Positions 12,756 through 27,600 of a stretch of 64,000 bases of DNA are shown one piece after another. The stretch is from Styela clava (lineage: Eukaryota): contig NC_135258.1 in NCBI RefSeq assembly GCF_964204865.1, forward strand, positions 14,384,001 to 14,448,000. Reading direction: 5' to 3'. The position numbers and the translations under genes were made by a program. The notes beneath the pieces were generated by a model that was not told where the DNA came from, ran no database searches, and saw only the letters and a list, made by a program, of their open reading frames with translations. How positions within the stretch are numbered: the first letter of the stretch is position 1; each line of letters starts with the position of its first letter.

Positions 12756-14049
12756 GCTGTGCTGTAAACTCTTCAAAATCAATACCCAATTAAATCACAC
12801 CAGAAAGTGGAATCATCACAAATTGTGTTAGTGTGATCACAATCAATAAAGAGCCGAAACCATGACATTTTGTTGGAAATGTAGTTAGCAGGAGGAAAAA
12901 AATCGTTTTTCAAGCCTTTTTTTTATTTCACATACTTGGAAAACTTTGATTAATTTTAAATTTTGGGCCAATTGTTCAATGATACTGGTCAGAAAGTCAA
13001 TCTCTATGGAGCTGTCCAAGCATCTCAGCCCTGCAAGTAAGACAATGCATGTGAAAAGTGGATTCAACTTTAACCCTAACCAACACAAGCTGAGTGAAAC
13101 ATGGTTAGGGTAAGAAATAATGTTTTGCTGAATTATCAGTATGTAATTATGAAAACCTATTGAAGCTTAACATAAATAGCAAACAATTAACAAAATTTTG
13201 CTGAAACTTAACTTAAAAGCATGCAAAAGAAGGTATACATCATACATGTGGCAAAATGAATGAACTAAAACAAGTTATGCATAATTCGTGAAATATAAGA
13301 AACACAAAATTAATATGAGCATGCTAAATGAAAATAAATATTTGGTCCACAAGAAATGTATGAACAAAATTTCAACTAAAAGTATCAACACATTCAAAAA
13401 GCCAAAGCTTGCAGGGAATTGTCATATTTTTGCAATCTTTTTTCTCATCCACACATTTCTTCACATCACAGGGTGACCCCGAAAACAGAACCCATAAATT
13501 TCTGTGCTACTTCTACAAAAATGAAGGAAATTTTTTGTTCCAAATTACTTCGATTCTGGGTCACCTTGTGCAAATTATTACAAATGCTCTGCAGGTATTG
13601 ATGATAATCCAAAATTCATTTAATCATGTTTGCTATCATATAAACATTGCATTTTTGTCACTTGTAATTGTTATGAAAGCATGAAACCACCAAACTTTTC
13701 TCAATTGAAGATAATTAGCATTTAACAAATTAGCATGAAATAAGCTGAAAACAATTAGAAAAAATATGAATCAGGTTGATAGTCTACACTTTTATGCTTT
13801 TCAATCCGACGATTTCAAAAAAATTAATTCTACAATTTAAATCCTTCAAAATGATTTGAAATATACAGAACATTCTCAATATTTTGTTTAGTGTTCGTTA
13901 AATTCTCTCGAACTGGATGAGGAAGATAAAAATATTACAAGGCTATTTTCTCTGGATTGTGTGTAATAAGCAATGGACTCATGTGCAGATGATGTAAATT
14001 GGGGAAAGGCCTTAAACTGTTGCTATTAAAAAAATGATTTGGTGTATTA

Positions 14050-15099
14050 CAGGGTGTCCCGAAAAAAATCCTATAAATTCGTTAATTACTCCATCGAAAA
14101 TAACGAAAACTTATTCACCCCTTGAACTTATGATTGTATAGTGCTCTTCAACTGGGTATACCCAAGTGTATACCGGACCATAAGTAGGGTATACAACTGA
14201 GAAACGGTATACGAAAGGTGTACAGCAGGGGTCGGCAACCTTTTGTCGTTCCCGGGCAAAAATTAAAGGTTGCAAGTCATTGGCGGGCCGCACATATTTT
14301 TAGAATGTTAAAAATCGAATGGATGACCGATCACACAGATCAGAAGTTAAATTTTAAGCAGCGCGCAAAGACTGACCATTCGAATATTTTTTGCGCCTTT
14401 AAACCATTTGCACTTAGCATCAACTTTTCTTTTGTCTAAATTATAATTAAATTATAGGCTCATTAAACGAGTAATTGTAAATTATATTCTTGTTACGTAA
14501 TATTATATTAGTCTACACATAAATTCTTTTGCGTAAAGAATATAATCGACAAAACAGCTATATTTTGTTACTATAATTCAGTGAAGCGTGGGCCGTAGGT
14601 TGCTGACCCCTGGTGTACAGCCCAAGTCAGGGATTCTGAACTCCAATATATTAAATTATAAAATAATCAGTTGGAGACGAGGCAAACGCGGCGCACATGA
14701 AATATAAAATGTCATTTTTGCAAAGAACCGACTTGTGCACATTGTTACATCGCAAATTATATAGATAATACAGGGACATGTCTGGGTTGATGATTTCGTT
14801 AAACATTACTCCCCTTGGCGCTAGGACCGTCAATCAAATTTATACCATTTACACTTTACAACTTTCGGACAATAGCCCATTAGATTGTACCGTGATATTG
14901 CAGACTGCAGTATCGTGATATTGCAATATTTGCTTATAATTTAATGTTTATTTCAGCCTTAACTGAACATTGGTACATGTAAGTTATACCACGGATATAA
15001 AGGTTGAATGAAGAACACTAGTCTAAGACACTTTGCACGAAAGTTTTGTTCACTGTATGTATAAAATGGCCTGGGTCCTGTTTTTGGGGGGTAACCCTG
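14050..15099. mobile_element. Tc1/mariner-type MITE hosting nested insertions
   Basis: TA|CAGGGTGTCCCGAAAA ... TTTTGGGGGGTAACCCTG|TA. Related ends occur at about 13468 and 49420. Confidence 0.65.
14226..14612. mobile_element. hAT-family MITE (nested)
   Basis: TIRs CAGGGGTCGGCAACC / GGTTGCTGACCCCTG; TSD GTGTACAG on both sides. Confidence 0.9.
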
Positions 15100-15606
15100 T
15101 ATTAACCAGTAAGATGATGAATATTAAATCACGATTGTTGAAGTACTAAAAAAACATCAATAAACGCTGGATTCAATACTAGAACCCTTTAATAACCAAA
15201 GATTCCAGCAATTGTAAATTATTTCATAATTTAGTCAAAATCAATACACAATCACAGGTAAAATAAGTAATTTGAATTACATGGGTTTTAATACAGTTAT
15301 AACAGAATTATTCAATTGAGAACAAACTAATTATTTTGGACAACCCTATACTCTATGCTACATCCTAATTATTTTTAGACATAAGCCAATAGATTGTTGC
15401 ATTGTTGATGTTGATCTATGCTTCAGGTATTAAAACTTCAGAGTGACACATATTGAAGTTAAGGTGATAGTAGCCTTCATTTATCAAGGAAAAAATAAAA
15501 TATGATGAGAAAAAGGCAAAATTGAATTCTTTACTTGGGGCTTCATTTCATCAATTCCTATCTCGGCGAGGCAACATTACAACACATGTTTAAAATAAAA
15601 AGCATG

Positions 15607-18600
15607 CTAGCATTCCAACGAAGGAGATTGCCTTGAATCATTATTAGATGATACAGGAGCACTTGTGTTTGTTTCGTTAACAGACCTTCGAATCAGATTC
15701 TCCAATTTCCGACGTGATTTACTTTCTTCTTCTAGTCGTTTACCAAACTTTTTTTGTTCCTGTAAATTACAAGTAACGTGAAAAATTTGAACAACCCAAA
15801 AAAAGGTGAATTTTTTATAATGGCCCAAAGCGTTTTTTGCGAAACTGACCAATTCAACAGGAAAATAGAGCATGTCATGGATATTATGATTTTATATATA
15901 CGCCATTGCGAAAGCATTATGAATCAAGTAAAAGACTTATTATTAACTGGCACAATCATGCAACACCAAGTAAGCATAGTTCAAATTTTTTCAAAAGTAG
16001 ATCAATTTTGAACATCAAAATAAAAATTGCATCTAGAATGGTTATGAGTGGCTAAAAATTTGGTGGAAAGATCATAGGTGCATTAATATTATATCATTTA
16101 ATTTGATTATATTACTTGACATCGAGGTCATAAAATAATTGAGATGATCATCAAAATATATTCTAGTACGGTAAATTTGTTGTTTAAATGATTGTTTACC
16201 AAGACATTGGACTAAAATGGGGAGTAGCTATATTTCGCACATTTCGGGTAACTTTTCTCCAAAATCACCAGATAAAATTGTCAACACCAATCTGAATCTT
16301 CATTAATGTATTCACATATTGAACCATATTATGATGTCACAACAAATAATGATTCATGCAGATGAGGTTATATTATGATATTTTACACCAATCCTTGATT
16401 TGCATCAAGGTAGCGAACATGCTTATGAATATTGCCAAAATTTAAAAGATGTTGATGAGTCCCAAACTATGAATCCATCATTTTTTTCGCAGAAAAATAG
16501 CAGAAAGCAGGAGCAAAATTTTGATCAAAGCAGAAGAATAAAAAAATGGGGTCAAACCTGAATCAAACTGGCTACTTGGTCCTTCAACTCATAGACTGTG
16601 TCAACTAAGCTCCTGTTAATGGGGAAAAGAAAATTGTCAATTTTGTTTTTTTCTTTACTATTTTTTTAGAAAAATCAAAAGCCAAAACCAATCATACTTT
16701 TCTTCAATAAGGCCTTCATTTTCAGGATCTTCGACTATTATTTTTTCTTCGAGAATTGACGTGTGTCTCGTCTTCCCTTGTGCCATGTAGGCTGTGGAAA
16801 AGAGAGATTTTATATAACACTACCTTATTTTTTAAGGTGTTTCAGCAAACTTGGTGTCAAAAAATTAATTTTAAGTGTCCATATATTTGCATATCAGATG
16901 TGAGAGGATGTTAGACTCTTTTGTCAATGATTATTCTCCAGGACGTCTCCCTACTTCTGAATTTGCAAGCCCAACTATACTGTAATGATGGTACAAGTTA
17001 TTTATTGGGCGTAAATGGCCCAATTAATGCTTTCATTAGTATTTTGAATGTACATAGTATTTTTTAGCATTTTGTTCATGAAATTATGATCTGACACTGT
17101 TCGTGAAAAATCTTTCGATTGCCCCATTTAAATTTTAGTATTGGAGTATAATAGAACGTTCTATCAAAGTCTTCATCGCGGTAATCCATTTGCTAATTCA
17201 TTTTTAAATTTCGTTTTATGCAGAGTTTCAATTTTTAAGATCCAAAGAGAATTATATCAGTGGTGCAGCGTAAAGCAGGAGTGAAATGAATAAGTAATAG
17301 GATAGGATTTACACATTATCGCGGGAGAGAGGATAACCGATAGGACAGATTAACAATATGGCGAACCACGGCCTGTTGTTCGGTTACCAGTCCATGTTGG
17401 ATATGGGACTAGTTAGCCAGTTATTTGTTTTCAGAAGCTTGGACTTGATAGTGGAAAAAGCCGTAATCGACCAGCGGTTACAAGAACCACCCTTTGCACG
17501 AGGAGTCCAGCAACCATCTCACACATAACTATCCCAGAATAGGATTTGAACTTGCAAAACCACTCGGGGTAATCAGAGGTTAAGGCTTAGCATGATGCCC
17601 CACACCGTCGAGCCAATACAGAAAGGCGACGCCAATAAAATTTCAACAAACTATGCTCAATCATGAATCCAATTTGTTTAGGCAAGCTATATTAATACTA
17701 CTCACCTCTCCCATTATGAGGATTAATAGTAATTTCGTGAACACTCATTAGTTATTTATATTAAAAATAATGTTAGCTAGCAATGCTGAAAATCAAGCTT
17801 GTTACATATTAGTGAATTAATCATTATTATTCAAACCCATTTTTAATAAGACTTCTAATTCAATTCCCATTCAAATCATTGCTACCGAATAGCTGATTAG
17901 CTCTTAACTGATTAGAAATTTTGAGCATGGTTGAGATTCCTCAACAAAGTACAGCCATACTTGCATGTAAGCCTATATGTCAAAACACTGTGTAAACCTA
18001 TACATATCTAGGAATCAACACATAAAAAGTTCCACTGCAAAAAAGTTTCTTTACACAATAAATGAAATGTCTGACGCCTCCAATAGAGGAAATAGTATAG
18101 CGAATAATGACTCAAAACTGAGACTGCTATTATGACGTAATTTTTGGCAAACCATACAAATATTGACATAATGGTTACTATATTTGAAGCAGCGTTGCCA
18201 ATATATTAGTTCGCATACTATTTAGGAATTCAACCAAATGTACATGTCACTAGTTAAAAGCATTTAGTGGGATCTCACTCTCATTTACAAAATAGAAAAT
18301 AATATTCATTCAGGCAATTTTAATGCAAAAATTACACACTCGCTAAATTAAGGTCCGTTACAATACATTGACAGCAATAATTTTTTTGAGCAATTCATTG
18401 CCAATTGGAGGTAATGTTTATATGAAAGTCATTATTATATAGAAATTCTATAAAAAGAAAACTATAAAAAATTCCTTGACAAGTACTGAAGCCAATATAA
18501 AGCTGATGTATATTTGGTCCTACATTAATCATAGAAACATCCCAAATGAAAAACAGGCCTAAATAAAAAGGTGACTAGGACGAACAATCACTGAGTACAC

Positions 18601-21600
18601 TACTGGCATCTGGACACTTTCCTATCCAAGACATTGTATTACAGCAAAACTCGAGAATCGAAAATCGACAGCACTCTATCGATAACACGAAATCTGAACG
18701 TCCAACTTTGGATCTTAATAATGATAATACCATAACTGCACTAATCATCTGCAAGATTACTGAAATGGAATTAGGCACTTGAATTATAATTGTCACTTTT
18801 CGATGATTAAACTATCAATCTGTGTTTAGCTCATTTCCTTCAGGCTAAAAAACAATTAATCAAACTCATTTCAAATTCATTTGCTAAGCTGAAATGAAAA
18901 ACAAGGCATAAAGAACTAATACTATAAGTCTATAAGTACTGAAAACTAGCACTGAAATTCAGTATGTTTTTAATCTGTGGTTAACAGAGGTTTAACTTCA
19001 ACTTACACCTGATACAGTTTTTCAATCATGTTTACCTTTTTTTAAAGCGTCACATAGAAATGCATAATATACCATGTTAATAAGCAACCTTTAAAGACAA
19101 AGACTTACAGATTGTACTTTACTATAGTTGTTTTGTGAACGAACAAAGTTGACCGAAAGTTTATCAATAGGTCTTTTCGGTTACATCTTAATTTCAAAGC
19201 AAAACAAATTTATAAGAAACTTGAAAACTTTGGTTGAAAGAAGACTTCCCTTTTTATACAGAAACTGATATTTACACTGGCTCATTATTTTTCGGTAACA
19301 AAGACAGGGTGGAACTACTGCCACTCCCTTTTGCGTCCACAAACACACATTAGTCCATCTAGTCGATGTGACAAAAAAGTTGAATATGACGACACTATAA
19401 CAATGACAACAATGATAATGCAAACTATGGCAACTATCGACGATAAAAAATGTGTTGCCTAACGATATTGCCAGCTTCCTGTACCAAAGAATAGTATTTT
19501 TAACTTCCTGTTGTATTAGTTTCGTATTACACAGTTTTGTATATATTGCAATTACAGTAATTGTGATTTCAAATATCTAATCAGATATGGTTGCAAAAAT
19601 AAATACAGTAAGCCTATATAAGTTGAATTTAACTTCACAAAATGAATATTTCAATGTAAATATAGTAAATTTTGTAAAAATAAATCCTTTTCAAATATTT
19701 TTTAGTAATCATACCTTTCTAGGAATAACTTTATTTATTTCAAACAAAGACCTCCAGTACAAGCTGTGTTTGGTTATTTATTTCACACGAGTGAAAGACA
19801 TCTTTGCAACCATTAAAGGCAGACCATGAATGATGAGAAGCTGAATTGCTTTTCTTAACAAAACCAATCAATATCTACTTGACATTATCATAAGAGTACT
19901 TTCAAGCCAAACACCCTACTAGAAAACAAAATATATATAAAAGTTAGAGACGAATTCTTTTATAGAAAAGAAAAGGTTGTAAATGAGGCTATTCGAGCAA
20001 TTTGAAATAAATAAAAGAAAACAGTTTATGAAATAAAACTGAACAACAAAAATTATAAAATTCCAAATCCAAATGAAAATCCTGCTTTCAAAAAAAACAA
20101 AATTTATTAAATAGTTTTAACATGTTTCCTTTATTTTTCATATGTTTAATTCGAACACACAGGAAGGACTCAGGTTTAGCACCATACCTCTACTCACTCA
20201 GTTACTATGCAGAAACGAAATTCCTGCAAAAAATACTATAAATCTTCCAGGTATCATTGGACAGTCCCCTAAAGTGAAAAACTTAGAAATAAAAAAACTT
20301 TAATGCAGAAATTGAGTCTAAACCTGTGATCGAATTTACAGATCCAGTGTGGCTATTATTGTTACATGAGCAGTTCCCAATGGGGGAATGCTGCCGCGAT
20401 TTGCTAATTGATCCGCGAAAATTGACAGAATTGCATTGAACATAACTACCGTAATCCGTAATATATGATTGAACATTTTACCATTGTATTTATTATGTTT
20501 CTTTTTATTCAAATGCTGTATATATAAATCAATAAATTCATTTTACCTTTCTATGTTGTTTATTTTCTGTTACGTGGCGTCTGCCTTTATTATTACGTAT
20601 CAATGGAGGTATACACTAATTGCTGTAATTCCGCAAGCTGTAGATTATTTATCTGCTGAACGAGTTTTTTTAGTATTTGAAAGGAAAATCAGGCAAAGAT
20701 GAGGAAAAAGAGTTGACGTTTTGCCCTTATTCTTTGGACCTACATTTTTACAGACTTTAATTAAAATGCATAAAGTACACATTAACGATCACAAAATTGA
20801 GTTTTATTTAAAGGCAGCAATTTTTTTCGAGTATATGCACCATGAATTTTTTCCCTGATAATTTGGCGCCGCACGAACTCGAACATAAAAGTTTGGGAAC
20901 GACTGTGTTACATAATGTACTATGTACATATAAAATAAATTACAAACTGAATGGTGCCACACTGCTAGGCAATAAGATATATTTAATCTGAACTAAATCA
21001 TCTTATAATTTATGTTTATTTAAATAATGAACTTAGTCTGTAACATCTTTTTCCCTTATTTTTTACCCAAAATACCCTATGCATAGCAACGATGCTTCTT
21101 ACAACAAAATTACAGTTTCAACAAATTCTAAAATTAAATCTCAGCAATATAGTATTTGTCAGTGCTATCACTTTATATACCTAAATATAAACCTAACATA
21201 CAAGTGCTAAACAAATTATCACACATAATAATAATATTGTATATCAATATATCACGCATATAGCTTTCTTGTGAACGATTTTACAGCTGAGGTAGATTAC
21301 AAAATTACATTTTGTTAATATTATGCTATGTCATATATGTACCAAACATGGCTATCCACTTTCCATGCTTAGCCCACACTTGGTAGGTATCAGCAATTGC
21401 AATTAACAGCATAGAATATAATCTAACAAAAATATAAATTTTAATATATCTAGTGTGTTAACTACGGTAGCTATAATAATATTAGCACTTCAGCAGACAT
21501 TACAATTTAGAGCTGATGTATGCTACAACATTTCGTTTTGTTATTGATATTATGCTTTACAATATCTGTACCGCACGTGGCTATCCATATACCATGCATA

Positions 21601-24600
21601 GAGCACAATTGGTATGTATTAGCAATTGCAAGTAACATACGATTGACAGCATACCATTAAATCCAACGAAATACATAAATTCTAATTTATCTGCGAGAGT
21701 GTTAATAATATTAGCACTTCAGCAGACATCATAATTTACTTCATATAAAACGTGGGTGGCCAAGTCATAACAGTAAACCTCCTTGCATTTGATAGAGTCA
21801 GACAATTCACTATCTATGCTGTACATGAACTCTTATCAAATATGACAGTTCGACTTCCAACTACCATATCTATAAATAAACTGAGTTGAAATAATGCAGA
21901 CAGAGCTAATTGCAAGTAATACTGAATAAAAAAGTATTGATTGATCATTAAAATAATATCCATATGATAACAAACCGATAGTTATGGTGTATGTATGATT
22001 CAGGCGCTCCAGTGGTTGCTATAGTTTCACTCTGGTTTCATTCTTTTTAATTTCTAAGTGAGTCCTCTTGACCTGGCTTTGGCAAATATTTATAAAAAAA
22101 ATGCTTATAGTGAGACGTTGTTATTATGTGTTCTGCTCAGCTAAGAATTATGATTCCTTGTCCTATGAAGAAGTAACAAATTATGGTATAAGACTGCAGA
22201 CATCTAACAAAGCACACATTTGGACCAATTTTTTTTTTTTTTACAAATTTTGCTTTGAACAAAGCTCTGTACAAGCTGTCACTGCTAGATAAGGAGCTAC
22301 TACAGTTTGGAAAAATAGAATCTTTCCATTTCTGCATTGCCTACCCAATTTATTACACCCTGAGTGAAGTGGTCAGAATGGGTTTCGAACCCAAGATTTC
22401 AACTTTTGATGCCAGCTTAGTTAAAGTTTTAACTGCTAGGCTAATATAAAACCCCAATATTGTAAAACAACAACTTTCACTAAAAAAATGTTGCAATTTC
22501 CTGGTATATTTCTCATATCATAAGTATTCACAGACATACAACTATACATAACCTGCTGAAATTTTCTTACTACAACATGAAAATATTACAAACATAAGGT
22601 TTATATATGGTTCATACCAGATCTGAGATAAATTCTATCAATCTAGATTGACCTAATTCCTTGCATCCTGTGACCTCTTCCAATCTTATTCTCCCACTAA
22701 GATGCCAATTAATGATTAATCATAACATCAGTATGATTACAGCACCAAAGTAAAAGTATTGGCAACTTGGCAAGCAAACAATTCGGAGGATTTAGAATTT
22801 AGATATTTACAAATGATTATAAGATATCCGATACCAATAAAAATGAATGACCAATCATATTTGATTATTTTGGAAATTTGTTATAATTTTTTATATGTTT
22901 TGCATAATTTCAGGTAGAAATACCACGGGAGTCACTTGGCTAGTCCCCGAACTCGTAATAGAACTAAAATAAGGAAAATTGGAATACAATTATAACCTAA
23001 CCCTAACCTCATATACATACTACGTTTGGGTGTCTGCCATCTTAATTCACATACTTCGGGAATACCCAAAAAACTATTAAATTTTCTGCTTTTTTGGCGA
23101 CCACACTGTATTTGTAATATATCAATAGTAGTAAACTTGACAAATTTAAATTTATTGAATAAGAACTTTGAGCAGTGAGATCTAAAACAGCGAAAACATT
23201 ACTATACTATACTCAACATAACTTGTAATGAACTTCACTTAGTAGGGCAAAAGTATTTCAACTGAAAACTATCTCATATTGTTTCTATCATAATACAAAA
23301 GTGATCAATTTTATATTTAGAAAATTTTATATTACAGTTACATCAATCCCTTTTACAGGGAAAAAAAACTATACTACCAGTAACAGTAAGTTCACAACAG
23401 CGTCTAAATATCATCAACCAAAATAGCAATTAATAATAAGAATACTTTCCTGTTTCAAAACCTATTGATAAGCTAGAAGGCGACAAAAAATAAAAGGCAG
23501 CAAAAAATAGCAATATTGAAATGTTACTAGTGTACAGTCTCATCAAAATGCTATTAATCTTAGGCTGTCTGAAAGACCGTTGCCTCTGTGTTTGATAAGT
23601 CACTAAAACTATTGACTTAACGTCAAAATAAAATAATGCAAACACAACTCACAGGTGTTACAAATAAAACAAATTAGAAATTAAATTTATTGAGGACTCC
23701 CATAAAAAGGGTTTTCAATTTATTGAAAATAATACAGTATTATGCTTTTTATACAGTGTATTTATAGGCTGAACTAGGCTCTGCACAAACAAGCAATATT
23801 ATGCGAGTAGCTAACTTATTTTGGAAGGACCGGTGTATTTTCTGTTTTACATTGTCTATCCAATTTAGTGCACCCTGGTGGTGGGCATAGGGTTTGAAGT
23901 GAACCCAAGATTTCAACCTGCATACTTAAATCTGACATTTTGACAAGTTTGCCACTGCAAATTCTTCGTTTTCTTACCAATACATACCATGAAACTATCC
24001 ATACAATCATCTACATGACAAACTCTTTCTAATCAAATCAAACATTCAGATAGGAAATGACAAAATCAGTTACGTATTCACTCCAACTTGTACTAACCTT
24101 GTTTACAAGCCTTATCTGCCACACAATATTGACATGAAAGTCCTATATACAACTGTTCAGAGTCCACAACACAGCAAACACTCAACGATATCATACAGTA
24201 ACTAGACGCTATAACAAAGATTATGCTATCTCAGAAAACCTAGCATGGTTTCTGCAATATTTATAAAAGGCCCATGTTCATAGATCTATTCAGCATTCGA
24301 TATATGGCATGGTATATCGGACATAACACCATAAAACATTGCAACAAAACTTGGCATTTGACAGAATACATCGCCCTAATGTCTATTTAAAATCTGAAAA
24401 ACAAAGAAAAAAAATTCTGTCGTTTTCTCTTGGGAAAAAACACGTAACAGAATAAATTCCCAAAAGTACTATTCATATTTCCCGCCAAATATTTATAATG
24501 GTAAAAAAAACTGAAGTGATACAGGAGTAAAAAAAACATACTTAATTGAATATACATCACTATTTTCTACTAGATATAAATGAAAGCCTGTCTCAAACAA

Positions 24601-27600
24601 GATGTTCGCAATCAATAGTCAATCACAGAAGCAAAAAATCAGTCGGTATAGATAAACCGCAGCTTATTATTATTCAATTTTTTTCTGTAGCGAAAGATGT
24701 AAAAACCTATTTGAATCAATTATTTAGCGATGCAGATAGCATTTTTTGAAAAGCTTTCGATGGCAATTCAAAACATTATGTATTAGGTTTAGGTTAGTAC
24801 CTATTTTTAACTATTTTACTTTAATGCAACATAAAAACAGATGATGAACTTTAATGTTAGGAAAGTTAGTTAACAAAAAATACTGACAGACAAGACAACA
24901 CATAAGCATGCTACAATATAAATCATATTTCCCTTAGAACAGCGTCTCAATGGTATATGATTATACTATAATACTTACTAGTATTGCGGGTGTGCATGGC
25001 ATTGCAGTAATGTTTCAATACTTCAAGAACTTCTTGCTCATCTGGCAGTCGTGCTGAGAAAACAATTGTAAAGTTGGGTGAAAATATCAGATTTTAAGAC
25101 ATTTGGTTGTATCAAGCTGATAAGACAGATGAATGTTCAGTTAAGTACAATGCGTTGTCATAAAATCATGAAAACAAGACCATTATTGGAATATACAGGA
25201 ATGGAGATACTATCTAAACGCAGGCAGTTCTGGTAGCCTATGAGAATCATGTGACTCAGCACTATAATCAAAATCAAAGACAGTCGTGACATAAGCAGTC
25301 ATGCTAGACAGAATAAAATTTATAATCTGAAAATAAAATTAGAAGTCTTCAGGCGACTTTTTCCATCTTTTATTGTGGCAAATTTGAAATTGATTAGTAC
25401 ACTGGTTATGAAAAAAAGCAATCATTTTCGCATCAAAATGTCGCCACAATGACAATACTAACAACTACAAAAGCAATTTAGCATAACAGTCGTTATGGCC
25501 AATATATGACAGGTAGAGGTCAAAACTGATTAATTTACTATTTTGTAATAGAAATTTCGAATATATTTAAAATAGGACCAAGTTCATAAAAGAAGACCTA
25601 AAAGGTATTATAGAAAAAGTGATAATACCTGCAACTTTTGTTAACAAAATTTTAAAAGAAAACTCAAAAATAACTTATAGGTATATGTTCTGAAGTATTA
25701 GTATGACGGATGTCAGTTACCAACCAGTCCAACTTATCCCAATATTCACTGATAACAAGTACCATTTCTTACCAGTATCAGTAGGTGTAGTTTTTAAATT
25801 AGCAAGTGCGTCTTCATCTGTTGTTTTTCTTGAATCTGGTTTGTTTGGTTTCTTCTTTTTACGAGTTCCTTTAGGACTTTTACTTCGATCCTGAAAATGA
25901 CACGATATCATTAACACAATAAATTTGGACAGTGGACTGCTATACAGTGGTTGGCATATTGTCATGACTATATTTGCATCATAAACAAGTTGAAGACAAA
26001 TTTTCTGATGGTTAAATCGCTGAACTCAACAATGATGGTATTGCAATTGAAATCTAAGATTCAAATCCCATTTCAAACCACTTTACACACAGGTAATAAA
26101 TTGGTATAAATATCGAACCTGAAAGATATCGGTTCTTCCAAAATAAAGTAGCTGTTTATATATTGGGGGCTGCTCATGCAGAGACTTGTTCGAATATGCT
26201 ATGTAACAAAAAAATATCAAAACAACAATTCACAAATGACTTATAAAGATTGAAATGATTTAAAACACTGGTCAACTATGATAATGCAAGAATCTTCCCC
26301 ACCTCTACTTGAGAGCTATAGCAAAAACTCAAATCAGGTTAAACTTAAAACTTTGATATTAATACTGGCCTATTAAAATATAATGCACACAAGGCCTACC
26401 ATGTTTCCACTGGCATCTTTGCTATTAGGAATATGTCGAACTGGTGGACCAGGACGTAAGGATAACGTTTGGTTTGCTTTTGCACCTGTAAAATAGATAT
26501 ATCATACTGGTTCACAAAAATAAACTTTCTGTCAATGCTATTGGGCTCGATATTTCAACTTAAAATCCATCATTTTAATGTATAGTCTACTTTGAGGCAT
26601 TCCATTAGACAAGTTAGTCATTTTAACAAACACGTTGCCCAGGTAAAGCCTCACTAGTTCTGACATGATTCATAGTCTATTACTCCACTGTGGTTAGTCA
26701 TTTGAACTTCTGTTTCTCTGTGTTTATCAGAAACACCGTTTTTTGAATGCAGTTAACTAGAAATCCTAAACAAACTGAATTTTCGAATAATTATGTGACA
26801 GAGGATTGCTGGACTCCTCGATGTCATAGGGCAGGTCACATAACTACTGGTCGGTTACAGCTGCCCCACCATCAAGTCTATGCATTTAAAACAAGTATTT
26901 GATGAACTATTCCCATACCCAACATGAACCAGTGAACTGACAAGAGGCCATGGCTCGCCATATATTTAAGACACCTTGTCGACTTTCCTGTCCCTAAGAA
27001 TAAATAAAAAAACTTATCCACTTTTCAGGTATCAAAGAATTAATGATTCAGGTACCAGAATCATTTCAATGAGATTGAAAAAAAAAATGAAAATGACTAG
27101 ACCCAACATGAAGACACTCCCCATATATAACATTGAATGATGACAAGCAACAAATAAAATTGTCAGTCAAAATTAAAAAAAAAAACATGCAAATTTCCAC
27201 CTGATTTTGAAACAGGAAAAGGTGGAGGTGATACGGTCGGTGAAGCATGAATTTCCGGCGTTATCCGTATAGGCGTGTGACCATGTGATTGTCCCGGTAC
27301 CAACTGAAAAAATTAATAGCAAAAATTCAAATCAGTTTTTCAAACAAAAAATTTCGTTGCAGAAATTCAATGGTTTTATCTAGCTTGACAGTAAGCATAT
27401 TTATATCCTCTTGAAACATATTGTCTGGAAATTTTTGTCATATAATTTCTATAACCCGTGTTATAGAAAGTAAAACTGTCTAAAGTTTGAAATTTTAGGA
27501 ACCTCCAGTCAACATTATTCCATTCCCCATTTATATAAAATTTTCATGGTGCCTTGCAGTAGGCTACATAAGTTTTTATCAAAGTTTGGTAAATACAATC

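Noticed and set aside
19181-19480. Cys-rich minus-strand ORF in the ARHGEF7 intron
   Set aside because: The nearest acceptor has the wrong phase for the upstream exon, and no homology was recognised.
12411-21740. Direct repeats considered as a CRISPR-like or satellite array
   Set aside because: Only two diverged units each, with no repeat-spacer structure; these are ordinary local duplications in a eukaryote.
22360-22445. tRNA-like A/B boxes here and at about 29.2, 36.6 and 46.6 kb
   Set aside because: No cloverleaf; these are degenerate SINE heads rather than tRNA genes.
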